Source: Rhodoluna sp. (lineage in GTDB: Bacteria > Actinomycetota > Actinomycetes > Actinomycetales > Microbacteriaceae). Taken from it: a stretch of DNA of 57,150 nt. The notes under the pieces are model-generated. The model had not been told where the DNA came from and did no database searches. It saw only the letters and a program-made list of their open reading frames with translations. Shown piece after piece: positions 1-7,989 of this stretch. The stretch is taken from the NCBI GenBank assembly GCA_049314335.1, contig JBMOFL010000001.1, positions 1 through 57,150 on the forward strand, written 5' to 3'. How positions within the stretch are numbered: the first letter of the stretch is position 1; each line of letters begins with the position of its first letter. The translations under genes were made by a program, and so were the position numbers.

Positions 1-214
1 CAACACGACCTGCTGAGTCCATGATTCTCTGCTTACCTGTGTAGAACGGGTGAGACTCTGAAGAGATTTCTACGTCGAATACTGGGTAAGAGTTGCCATC
101 TTCCCATTCAATTGTCTTGTTGCTTGTGACAGTTGAACGTGTTAGGAATGCAACGCCTGATGCTAGATCGCGGAATACGACAGTCTCGTACTTTGGGTGG
201 ATATCAGCCTTCAT
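1..214 (-). CDS. rpmE: 50S ribosomal protein L31 type B (3' end runs off the window)
   Basis: Not in the ORF track. Manual translation from ATG at 214: [29 protein letters not shown]...[29 protein letters not shown]. Has the IHPxY and HPFYTG signatures and no Zn-binding Cys in the visible part. Confidence 0.95.
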   Translation of the reverse strand, partial: MKADIHPKYETVVFRDLASGVAFLTRSTVTSNKTIEWEDGNSYPVFDVEISSESHPFYTGKQRIMDSAGRV

Positions 215-300
215 AAGAAAACTCTTTCAATTCAAAAGGGGTGTAGTGCTCTTTGGCACTCAGATAAGACTATACCAAAGTCAAGGGAGTTCGCCAGTGG

Positions 301-1083
301 TTATTTGGCTCGAACTGCGAACCTACCGCTCTGAAAGGCCACTTCTAGAGGCAATCCATAGGCTTCGCTGAGTTTTTCCGTGGTGAGTGTGTGATTTATA
401 GGCCCACTAGCGATGATTCTTCCCTGGTTCAATACCAATGCGTGCGTGAAGCCAGCTGGGATTTCTTCTAAGTGGTGTGTGACCATAATGATTGCCGGAG
501 CCTTTGGGTGGGAGGCGTAACCGCTGAGAATCTTGATGGTGGCTTCTCGGGAGCCGATATCCAAGCTAGCGACAGGTTCATCGAGAAGCAAAAGTTCTGG
601 ATCGGGCATGACCGCTCGAGCAATTTGCACCCTCTTCTTCTCTCCGTCGCTTAATGTGCCAAATGGTCGGTCAGCGTATTCACTGAGGTGCCATTCGGTT
701 AGAACTCTCTTAGCTCTGCGCTCATCAACGTCTTCATAGGTTTCTTTGAAGCGTCCAGTGACGGCATATGACGCGGTCATGACGGCATCAAGTACAGTTT
801 CGGAATTGGGGATGCGGCTTGCTATAGCAGTTGAAGCAAAGCCAACTCTGGTCCTGACCTCAAACATGTTTATTTCGCCTAATGCCTCGCCTAGAACACG
901 AGCTGAACCAGTACTTGGTTGAAGTTGGGCGGCAGCAATCTTTAGCAAAGTAGTCTTGCCGGCACCGTTGGGTCCAACAATGACCCAACGTTCGTTGTCT
1001 TGAACGGTCCAGGTAATGCTATCCAGGATGGTTTTGCCTGATCTTTGGACACTTAGATTGCTGAGCGCTAATACTTCATTCAT
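301..1083 (-). CDS. ABC transporter ATP-binding protein (single NBD)
   Basis: Walker A GPNGAGKT, signature LSDGE, Walker B LLLLDEP, H-loop VTHH. No adjacent permease. Confidence 0.9.
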   Translation of the reverse strand: MNEVLALSNLSVQRSGKTILDSITWTVQDNERWVIVGPNGAGKTTLLKIAAAQLQPSTGSARVLGEALGEINMFEVRTRVGFASTAIASRIPNSETVLDAVMTASYAVTGRFKETYEDVDERRAKRVLTEWHLSEYADRPFGTLSDGEKKRVQIARAVMPDPELLLLDEPVASLDIGSREATIKILSGYASHPKAPAIIMVTHHLEEIPAGFTHALVLNQGRIIASGPINHTLTTEKLSEAYGLPLEVAFQSGRFAVRAK

Positions 1084-1173
1084 ATGCTTTCAGCCTAGGC
1101 TATGCCTAATTGTGACAACAAAAGACACACACGAAAGCAGGAAAGTGCAGTAAGGCCAATAAAGCATTAAGGT

Positions 1174-1821
1174 TTGTTTATGAGTCTGAGTCCCCGAATG
1201 CTTGTCATCTTCGATGTTGACTCCACTTTGATTGAGCAAGAAGTCATTGAAATGTTGGCAGATTGTGCTGGTAAACGAGCAGAAGTAGAAGCTGTCACAG
1301 AGCGAGCAATGAGCGGTGAGCTCGACTTTACCGCGAGCTTAAAAGCTCGTGTTCGAGTCCTCGAGGGTCTACCTGAAAGCGTTATTGCACAGACTCTTGC
1401 CAAGTGCACGGTAACTCGAGGAGCAAAAAAACTTATCGAAACCATTCATTTAGCCGGAGGTAAAGTCGGAGCTGTTTCGGGTGGCTTCTCTCAACTGCTT
1501 GAGCCTTTGGCTCAAGAACTCAATCTTGATTTTCATAGAGCTAACACTTTGGAAGTTCTCGATGGATTCCTAACGGGTGAGGTTACAGGCACAATAATCG
1601 ACAAGCCAGCGAAGGCCACTGCTCTAATCGAGTGGGCAACATCCTTGAATCTTGAATTGAAACACACGGTAGCTATTGGCGATGGCGCAAATGACTTAGA
1701 CATGATGCGGGTTGCAGGCTTAAGTATTGGTTTCAATGCCAAACCTAGAGTTCGCGAAGCAGCCGACATCATCTTGGATTCAGCAGACCTGAGTGAGGCT
1801 ATAGGTTTACTCGGTCTTTAG
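1174..1821 (+). CDS. serB: Phosphoserine phosphatase (HAD family, no ACT domain)
   Basis: DVDST motif I, VSGGF, GDGANDL. True start may be ATG 1180 or 1198. Confidence 0.92.
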   Translation: MFMSLSPRMLVIFDVDSTLIEQEVIEMLADCAGKRAEVEAVTERAMSGELDFTASLKARVRVLEGLPESVIAQTLAKCTVTRGAKKLIETIHLAGGKVGAVSGGFSQLLEPLAQELNLDFHRANTLEVLDGFLTGEVTGTIIDKPAKATALIEWATSLNLELKHTVAIGDGANDLDMMRVAGLSIGFNAKPRVREAADIILDSADLSEAIGLLGL

Positions 1822-2585
1822 TGACCAGTTGAGTGCAAACCACCGTCAACGTGAATGATTTCACCTGTGGTCATTGGGAACCAGTCACTCAGTAGCGCAA
1901 CAATTCCTCGTGCGGCAGGTTCAGTGTCGGCAAGCTCCCAACGAAGAGGAGCACGATCTACCCAAATGTCTTCCATGGTCGAAAAACCTGGAATACTCTT
2001 ACCTGCTGGAGTTCTAAGTGGACCAGCAGAGATCAGATTCACGCGAATGTTGTCCTTACCCAGATAGCGAGCTAGGTAACGTGAAGTTGATTCAAATGCT
2101 GCTTTAGCAACACCCATCCAGTCGTATACAGGCCACGAAACAGAAGCATCAAAGGTAAGCCCTGCAACCGATGAACCTTCACGCAAGATTGGTTTAGCTG
2201 CCATCGTGATTGACTTCAGTGAGTAAGCAGAAACTTGAACTGCTGTTGCAACATCAGGCCATTCGGTTTCAAGAAAGTTTCCACCAAGGGCTGTGCCAGG
2301 TGCAAATGCAATAGCGTGCACAATTCCATCGAGGTGAGGAAGGTGCTCTAGGACTCTTGCTGGCAAAGCGGCTAGGTCATCATCATTGGTTGCATCTAAC
2401 TCGATTACAGGACAAGGCTTTGGTAGGCGAAGAGCAATCTTCTCGGTGATAGCCATCATGCGACCATAGGAGGAAAGCACAATGTCGGCACCCTGTTCTT
2501 GAGCCAAACGTGCAACCGTGAAAGCGATGGACGCTTCGGTTAGAACTCCAGTGATTAGAAGTTTCTTGCCCTCTAAAATACCCAT
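1818..2585 (-). CDS. fabI: Enoyl-ACP reductase (InhA/FabI)
   Basis: ITGV..SIAF, YDWMGVAKAA catalytic Y/K, SAGPLRT, TTGEIIHVDGG. Lies downstream of fabG. Confidence 0.95.
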   Translation of the reverse strand: MGILEGKKLLITGVLTEASIAFTVARLAQEQGADIVLSSYGRMMAITEKIALRLPKPCPVIELDATNDDDLAALPARVLEHLPHLDGIVHAIAFAPGTALGGNFLETEWPDVATAVQVSAYSLKSITMAAKPILREGSSVAGLTFDASVSWPVYDWMGVAKAAFESTSRYLARYLGKDNIRVNLISAGPLRTPAGKSIPGFSTMEDIWVDRAPLRWELADTEPAARGIVALLSDWFPMTTGEIIHVDGGLHSTGH

Positions 2586-2654
2586 GATTCATTAATCTTT
2601 CTGATCGACTATTGGTGCCTGTTTTATTCTGCCAGCATGTTGGCGTTTTGAGCT

Positions 2655-3365
2655 CTAGTGACCCATGCCAAGTCCGCCATCAACTGGAATAACTGCTCCA
2701 GAGATATAGGCTGCGTCATCGCTTGATAGCCAAAGAACTACTTTCGCAACTTCCTCCGGTGAGGCGAATCTGCCCGCTGGAATCTTTGATTTGTATTGGT
2801 TTTGCACTTCTTCACTCAGTTCTGCAGTCATGTCCGTATCGATAAAGCCTGGAGCTACGACATTGGCAGTTATGCCTCTACCACCGAGCTCACGAGTTAG
2901 CGATCTGGCCATACCCACTAGACCACTCTTGGCTGCAGAGTAATTGATCTGCCCAGCACTTCCTAACAGCCCCACAACTGATCCGATGAAAATAACGCGA
3001 CCGAATTTAGCCTTCATCATCCCCTTAGTGGCACGCTTTAGGACACGAAATGAACCAGTGAGGTTGGTGTTGAGGACATCTTCAAAATCCTCGTCCGACA
3101 TTCTCATCAACAAAGTGTCTCGAGTGATTCCTGCGTTGGCTACGAGAACTTCAACCGGCCCGAGCTTTTCTTCAATCTCTGCAAACGCCGCATCCAAGGA
3201 AGCGACATCGGTAACGTCAGCCTTAACGCTTAGTGATCCAGCAGGACCTTCACCACTTCTCACAGTTACTGCGACTCTGTGGCCTGCGCGAATGAATTCT
3301 TCGGCGATAGCTTTTCCGATACCTCGGTTGCCGCCGGTAACTAGGACTGTTCTTGGAGTTGACAT
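2655..3365 (-). CDS. fabG: 3-oxoacyl-ACP reductase (MabA/FabG)
   Basis: TGGNRGIG, NAGITRD, YSAAK, PGFIDTDMT, VDGGLGMGH. Confidence 0.95.
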   Translation of the reverse strand: MSTPRTVLVTGGNRGIGKAIAEEFIRAGHRVAVTVRSGEGPAGSLSVKADVTDVASLDAAFAEIEEKLGPVEVLVANAGITRDTLLMRMSDEDFEDVLNTNLTGSFRVLKRATKGMMKAKFGRVIFIGSVVGLLGSAGQINYSAAKSGLVGMARSLTRELGGRGITANVVAPGFIDTDMTAELSEEVQNQYKSKIPAGRFASPEEVAKVVLWLSSDDAAYISGAVIPVDGGLGMGH

Positions 3366-3468
3366 CTCTATTTCGCCTTCTCAGATAACTAGGTGATAAT
3401 TGGCATGTAAGCAACACAAGTCTATATCTGGGCTTGTCCTAAGGGCTTCTGGTTAGGAACCTAAAAAA

Positions 3469-3783
3469 TTGTCTAAAACTCAGTCGGTGACCTCCCTTGA
3501 GATATCCCCTGAATTAGAACGTCGTAACCGCTTCATCAAATACACCATTGCCATGATTGTGCGCGTAGTTTGCATTGTGCTCGCGGTGAGCTTTCCACTT
3601 GGCTGGATAACTTTAGTTTTTGCAGCTGGAGCGATCTTTCTGCCATATTTCGCTGTGATAATCGCTAACGCCCAAGGCTCAAGTTCCAATAGATCAAGCA
3701 GTAAATCCGCGGAAGCGCCAACAATCTCTATTTCTGCTGATGCCTTCCGACAATCAAAGAGTCATGATGAGCGCAAGCAATAG
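3469..3783 (+). CDS. DUF3099-like small membrane protein
   Basis: Y..AM.VR..C and LPYFAVIIANA motifs, two hydrophobic segments. Usual position between fabG and SURF1 in actinobacteria. Confidence 0.8.
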   Translation: MSKTQSVTSLEISPELERRNRFIKYTIAMIVRVVCIVLAVSFPLGWITLVFAAGAIFLPYFAVIIANAQGSSSNRSSSKSAEAPTISISADAFRQSKSHDERKQ

Positions 3784-4567
3784 ACCAATCTCCACATGGC
3801 TAGGCTGGTTGACTCTTGTTGTGGTCTTCACAACCGCATGCGTCTTACTTTCCAAATGGCAATTCGACAGACAGGCCGAAGTAGTCCAGACAAACTCTCG
3901 AATCGCAGCCAGTTACGCCGCTGAGCCTCGCGCTCTTGAGGAGATTCTTACTACTAAACAGCCGTGGGACACCGCGCTGGAATTCAGATCAGCAATAGTG
4001 TCAGGCAAGTACATTCCTGAAGAGAGCTATTTGGTTCGTAATCGCCCATACAACGCATACCCAGGGTTCCTACAACTTGTAGCCTTCCAAACTGACGGAG
4101 GTTCGATCATCTGGGTTGAACGAGGTTGGTTACCGACAGGAAGCGAGTCGGACTCCCCTGATGATATTCCAGCAGTGGACGCTAACCACCGCCAACTAAC
4201 CCTTCGTCTACGTCCATCAGAACCAGCTTTGGATAGAACAGCACCAGCAGGACAGCTTTCAAGTATCAATCTTGAACTAGCTAGTTCGAACCTAGGTGAC
4301 ACAGATACCTATACTCAGGCTTACGGCCGATTGATTAGTGAAGACCCAGAATTACCGACTGGTCAAAGGATTGGCAAACCCGAACTCAGTGAAGGCAATC
4401 ATCTCAGCTATGCAATGCAATGGATATTGTTTGGCTTGATGGCTATAGGTGCAGTGTTCTGGACTATTTCACAGGAGCGTCGCAGAAAGATGGGCCTACC
4501 TCCTCGAAGGCTAAAAATGTTTAACAGAGACAAAGACGCTGAAGTTGAAGACAAGATTCTGGAGTAA
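3740..4567 (+). CDS. SURF1-family cytochrome oxidase biogenesis protein
   Basis: N-terminal TM followed by LSKWQFDR, VERGW, C-terminal NHLSYAMQW plus TM. True start probably ATG 3764 or 3767. Confidence 0.9.
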   Translation: MPSDNQRVMMSASNRPISTWLGWLTLVVVFTTACVLLSKWQFDRQAEVVQTNSRIAASYAAEPRALEEILTTKQPWDTALEFRSAIVSGKYIPEESYLVRNRPYNAYPGFLQLVAFQTDGGSIIWVERGWLPTGSESDSPDDIPAVDANHRQLTLRLRPSEPALDRTAPAGQLSSINLELASSNLGDTDTYTQAYGRLISEDPELPTGQRIGKPELSEGNHLSYAMQWILFGLMAIGAVFWTISQERRRKMGLPPRRLKMFNRDKDAEVEDKILE

Positions 4568-4608
4568 AAAATTGGCCGCCTAGTTTCCTAGACGGCCAAT
4601 ATTTTTTT
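4566..4608. terminator. Bidirectional intrinsic terminator between SURF1 and the rhodopsin gene
   Basis: 13-bp stem ATTGGCCGCCTAG-TTTC-CTAGACGGCCAAT flanked by an A-tract and a T-tract. On the minus strand the mismatch becomes G-U and the loop is GAAA. Confidence 0.85.
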
Positions 4609-4612
4609 AAAC

Positions 4613-5320
4613 TTACTTCTTCACTGCTTTGATTGCAACGATTCCGAAACCAACTTTGTTGATCACATCTGCGAAGACGTAGATGATTGCAGCTAGACAA
4701 ACAGCAAGTTCAATAGTCTTAGCCTCTGAACCGGAGAGCTCCAGGAATTCTTGAATTGCTGTACCAATCGGGTAAATGGCCCAACCGAAGATAACGAACT
4801 TCTTCATGTTCTCAATCGATTTCTTGATTGCTGCCGTTCCCTTGGTTGGCTTTATCTGCCAGATCGTGTAGACGATGTATAGCCATGCGAATGAAGAGAT
4901 AGCGAAGTTCATGTAGTTACCTATTGAACCAGGCTCACCTATTTCACCGAAGTAGCCAGTGATGATCATCACAAGGTCAGCCATCACGAGTCGATAGGTG
5001 GTTCCCTTTGGAGCTCCAGCAAGAGCTGCAATGATTCCAAACTCAACTAATAGAAGTGGAGTGGTTAGTACCCAGTCCAAGTATCTAACCGGCATTGTCT
5101 TTTCGACTGATGCGATGTCAGTCAGATAAGGGAAGGCAACAATGTCTTTCATCTGCCAGTAAAGAATTGCAGCAATGAAAGTGACAAGAGCCGCATAAGT
5201 AGCCGTTGCCTTATGCTCAGGCTTTAGCTCAGTTCTCTCTAACAGGAAGTACAGTGTTCCAGCTGCCATGGCAACAAAACCCAGCATGAACAGTGCTTGT
5301 GTAATGGTAAGTAGGTCCAT
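4613..5320 (-). CDS. Type-1 microbial rhodopsin, DTE motif, ESR/proteorhodopsin-like probable light-driven proton pump
   Basis: Seven hydrophobic helices. Helix C RYLDWVLTTPLLLVEF (D82/T86/E93), helix D ADLVMIITGYFGE, helix F GWAIYPIG, helix G ADVINKVGFG (D218, Schiff-base K222). Confidence 0.95.
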   Translation of the reverse strand: MDLLTITQALFMLGFVAMAAGTLYFLLERTELKPEHKATATYAALVTFIAAILYWQMKDIVAFPYLTDIASVEKTMPVRYLDWVLTTPLLLVEFGIIAALAGAPKGTTYRLVMADLVMIITGYFGEIGEPGSIGNYMNFAISSFAWLYIVYTIWQIKPTKGTAAIKKSIENMKKFVIFGWAIYPIGTAIQEFLELSGSEAKTIELAVCLAAIIYVFADVINKVGFGIVAIKAVKK

Positions 5321-5326
5321 GATTGA

Positions 5327-5355
5327 TCCTTTCTAGATCTGTCTAAACCACACTA
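5327..5355 (-). promoter_or_regulatory. Shine-Dalgarno and candidate -10 element of the rhodopsin gene
   Basis: Minus strand reads TAGTGT (TANNNT, 5350-5355), then AGAAAGGA-TCAATC-ATG. Confidence 0.5.
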
Positions 5356-5378
5356 TTAGAGCACTGACCAGAAACGGC

Positions 5379-6977
5379 CTAAGACAAAACAATCAAATCG
5401 CGATAGCCATCATTCCAGAGATCTTCTTGGCCATCAGGCATCACCAGCACTCGTTCAGGGTTCAGGGCATCAACAGCGCCAACATCGTGGGAAACCAGTA
5501 CCACAGCGCCTGAGAACGAGGCTAGAGCCTTCAGGATCTCTTCGCGGCTGGCAGGGTCGAGGTTGTTTGTCGGCTCATCTAGTAGCAAAACGTTGGCTCT
5601 AGAGACCACCAGTGCAGCCAGAGCAAGTCTTGTCTTCTCCCCTCCGCTGAGTACCTTTGCTGGCTTATCCACATCATCACCAGAGAATAAGAATGAACCT
5701 AGAACCTTACGCGCATCGGTGTCATTTAGCTCTGGTGCCTGAGCCTGCATATTTTGCAGCACAGTTTTGTTGATATCTAGGGTCTCATGCTCCTGAGCGT
5801 AGTAACCAATCTTCAGACCATGGCCTGCGTCAATCTTTCCGGTGTCAGGTTGCTCAACGTCACCAAGTATTCTCAACAACGTTGTCTTTCCTGCACCGTT
5901 GAGTCCGATTATGACAACTCTTGAGCCTCTATCAATCGCCAAGTCAACCGCAGTAAAGATTTCTAGTGAGCCATAGCTCTTACTTAGGTTGTGTCCAAAC
6001 AGCGGAGTCTTTCCACATGCTTGCGGTTCTGGGAATCGAATGTTCGCAACCCGATCTTTTTCACGTACATCATCAAGTGAGCTAAGTAGCTTCTCCGCAC
6101 GTTTATTCATTTGGTGTGCGGCTGATGCCTTGGATGCTTTAGCACCAAATTTCGCTGCTTGTAGTTGAAGAACAGAGGCCTTCTTCTCGGCTATGGCGCG
6201 ATCACGCTTTCTACGCTCTTCATCAGCTTCACGTTGCTTGAGATACGCTCGCCAGCCCATGTTGTAGATATCAATAACTCCACGATTCGCATCCAGATAG
6301 AAAACTCGGTTCACAGTTTCTTCGACGATGTCTATATCGTGACTGATAACAATTAGGCCACCCTGATAGTTCTTTAGAAATTCTCGAAGCCAGATGATGC
6401 TGTCGGCATCCAAGTGGTTAGTTGGTTCATCCAAAATCATGGTGGTTGCATCAGAGAAAAGAATTCTTGCCAACTCGATACGTCTTCGTTGTCCACCTGA
6501 AAGCGTTCCAATTGGCTGACTCAATACATTTGGCTTGAGTCCAAGGTTGCTGGCAATAGCCGCAGCTTCTGCCTCAGCGGCATAACCACCATTTGCTTCA
6601 AATTGATTTTCAAGTCTCTCGTAGCGTTCCATGGCTTGTGAATAGACTGCTTCATCCACTGAACCCATTTGCTCTCTGGTGGCTTCAAGCTTCTTTATGA
6701 TGGTTCCCAGGCCTCTTGCATTCAAGATCCTGTCGCTTGCCAGTTCCTCAAGATCGCCCGTCCTAGGGTCTTGAGGCAGGTAACCAATCTCACCAATACG
6801 CTCAACAGTTCCTGCGCTCTGCTGAAAATCTCCAGCAATGACCTTGGTCAGAGTGGTCTTACCAGCTCCATTGCGGCCGACTAGACCTACTTTGTCGCCT
6901 TTAGATACCTGGAAGTTGACGCCAGACATCAAGACTCTTGCGCCAATCGTTATTTCAAGTTCACGCACGTTAATCAT
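5379..6977 (-). CDS. ABC-F family ribosome-associated ATPase
   Basis: Two NBDs (GRNGAGKT/LSGGQ/LDEPTNHLD and GLNGAGKT/LSGGE/LDEPTNNLD) with a charged linker and no TM segments. Confidence 0.93.
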   Translation of the reverse strand: MINVRELEITIGARVLMSGVNFQVSKGDKVGLVGRNGAGKTTLTKVIAGDFQQSAGTVERIGEIGYLPQDPRTGDLEELASDRILNARGLGTIIKKLEATREQMGSVDEAVYSQAMERYERLENQFEANGGYAAEAEAAAIASNLGLKPNVLSQPIGTLSGGQRRRIELARILFSDATTMILDEPTNHLDADSIIWLREFLKNYQGGLIVISHDIDIVEETVNRVFYLDANRGVIDIYNMGWRAYLKQREADEERRKRDRAIAEKKASVLQLQAAKFGAKASKASAAHQMNKRAEKLLSSLDDVREKDRVANIRFPEPQACGKTPLFGHNLSKSYGSLEIFTAVDLAIDRGSRVVIIGLNGAGKTTLLRILGDVEQPDTGKIDAGHGLKIGYYAQEHETLDINKTVLQNMQAQAPELNDTDARKVLGSFLFSGDDVDKPAKVLSGGEKTRLALAALVVSRANVLLLDEPTNNLDPASREEILKALASFSGAVVLVSHDVGAVDALNPERVLVMPDGQEDLWNDGYRDLIVLS

Positions 6978-7075
6978 GAGAGAACTCCAATTGGGCTTGA
7001 TTTTTGATGAAACCGAGTTTGGCTCCTGCTACTACCCTACAATTAAGAAAACATTCAGGTAAGAAAGGCCACTAA

Positions 7076-7660
7076 GTGAGCATTGCACAACCAAGAAACG
7101 TAACCATCATTGACAGCGTTATTTCTAGATCTCGAGTATCCGATGTGGTTCTAGTTTTGGCTGGTGTTCTTCTCACCGCTTTGGCAGCTCAGGTTCAAAT
7201 TCCTGCTATTCCAGTACCTTTCACTCTGCAGACTTTGGCTGTGCTCGTGATTGGAGCAACATATGGCTCTAGTCGCGGTGCAATCACAATGGGTGCTTAC
7301 GCAGTTGTTGGTGTTCTAGGTTTCCCAGTCTTCGCAGGTGGCGCAAGCGGTATCGATGTTATCTTCGGAGCCACCGGCGGATTCCTACTTGGATTCATGT
7401 TTGCTGCTGCACTTATTGGACGTCTAGCAGAACTCAACTGGAGTTCAGATGCACTAAGAATGTTTGTTAGCTATGTTTTGGGTTCAATTGTGATTTATGC
7501 AATTGGAGTTCCAGTTTTAGCAATGTCAGCCTTTGCTTCTGATTTAGTAGCAGCGACGACTTATATGTTGCCTTACCTAATTTGGGATGCAGTGAAAGCT
7601 GTGTTTGCTGCGGCACTGCTACCTACCGCTTGGGTAGTTGTAAAGAAGATCAAAGGCTAA
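7076..7660 (+). CDS. bioY: Biotin transporter S component BioY
   Basis: PVPFTLQTLAV, G.PVFAGG, GATGGFLLGF motifs. Highly hydrophobic, 194 aa. Confidence 0.92.
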   Translation: MSIAQPRNVTIIDSVISRSRVSDVVLVLAGVLLTALAAQVQIPAIPVPFTLQTLAVLVIGATYGSSRGAITMGAYAVVGVLGFPVFAGGASGIDVIFGATGGFLLGFMFAAALIGRLAELNWSSDALRMFVSYVLGSIVIYAIGVPVLAMSAFASDLVAATTYMLPYLIWDAVKAVFAAALLPTAWVVVKKIKG

Positions 7661-7986
7661 ATAGCAAAACCTATTGCTCGCATTTGCTCTTTACCGTCCT
7701 CGGTAATTAGTTCCTGGCCCCATGGTGGCATCCAAACCCAGTTAATTCTGAAGGCTTCAACAACACCATCTAGCGCCATTCCCATTTGCTCTTCAATCAC
7801 ATCTGTCAAAGGGCAGCCTGCTGAAGTTAGAGTCATGTGGATTAGTAGAGATCCATCCTCTGACTGCTTCAAGTCATAAATTAAACCGAGGTCAACGATG
7901 TTGACACCTATCTCAGGGTCGATGACTTCCTTGATAGCCTCAAGAACTTCGTCATATCTTTCAGGAGTTAGATCTATTTCTGACAA
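7657..7986 (-). CDS. sufT: Metal-sulfur cluster assembly factor (DUF59/SufT)
   Basis: DPE...NIVDLGLIY, MTLTSAGCP, WMPPW. Confidence 0.9.
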   Translation of the reverse strand: MSEIDLTPERYDEVLEAIKEVIDPEIGVNIVDLGLIYDLKQSEDGSLLIHMTLTSAGCPLTDVIEEQMGMALDGVVEAFRINWVWMPPWGQELITEDGKEQMRAIGFAI

Positions 7987-7989
7987 GTG

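Noticed and set aside
93-371. 92-aa plus-strand ORF
   Set aside because: It is antisense to rpmE and the ABC ATPase end, and has no recognisable motif.
2944-3396. 150-aa antisense ORF, and many similar ones over ctaB, pgi, pgk, gap, uvrA, polA, gltBD and trpE
   Set aside because: Shadow frames opposite well-conserved genes, rich in Ser/Pro/Thr and without SD sites or motifs.
4613-5320. Na+ pump (NDQ), Cl- pump (NTQ/TSA), heliorhodopsin or sensory rhodopsin
   Set aside because: The helix C motif is DTE, helix G has DxxxK, and no transducer gene is adjacent.
5379-6977. Antibiotic-resistance ABC-F
   Set aside because: It occupies a housekeeping locus with no leader peptide or mobile context. 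The subfamily cannot be assigned without a tree.
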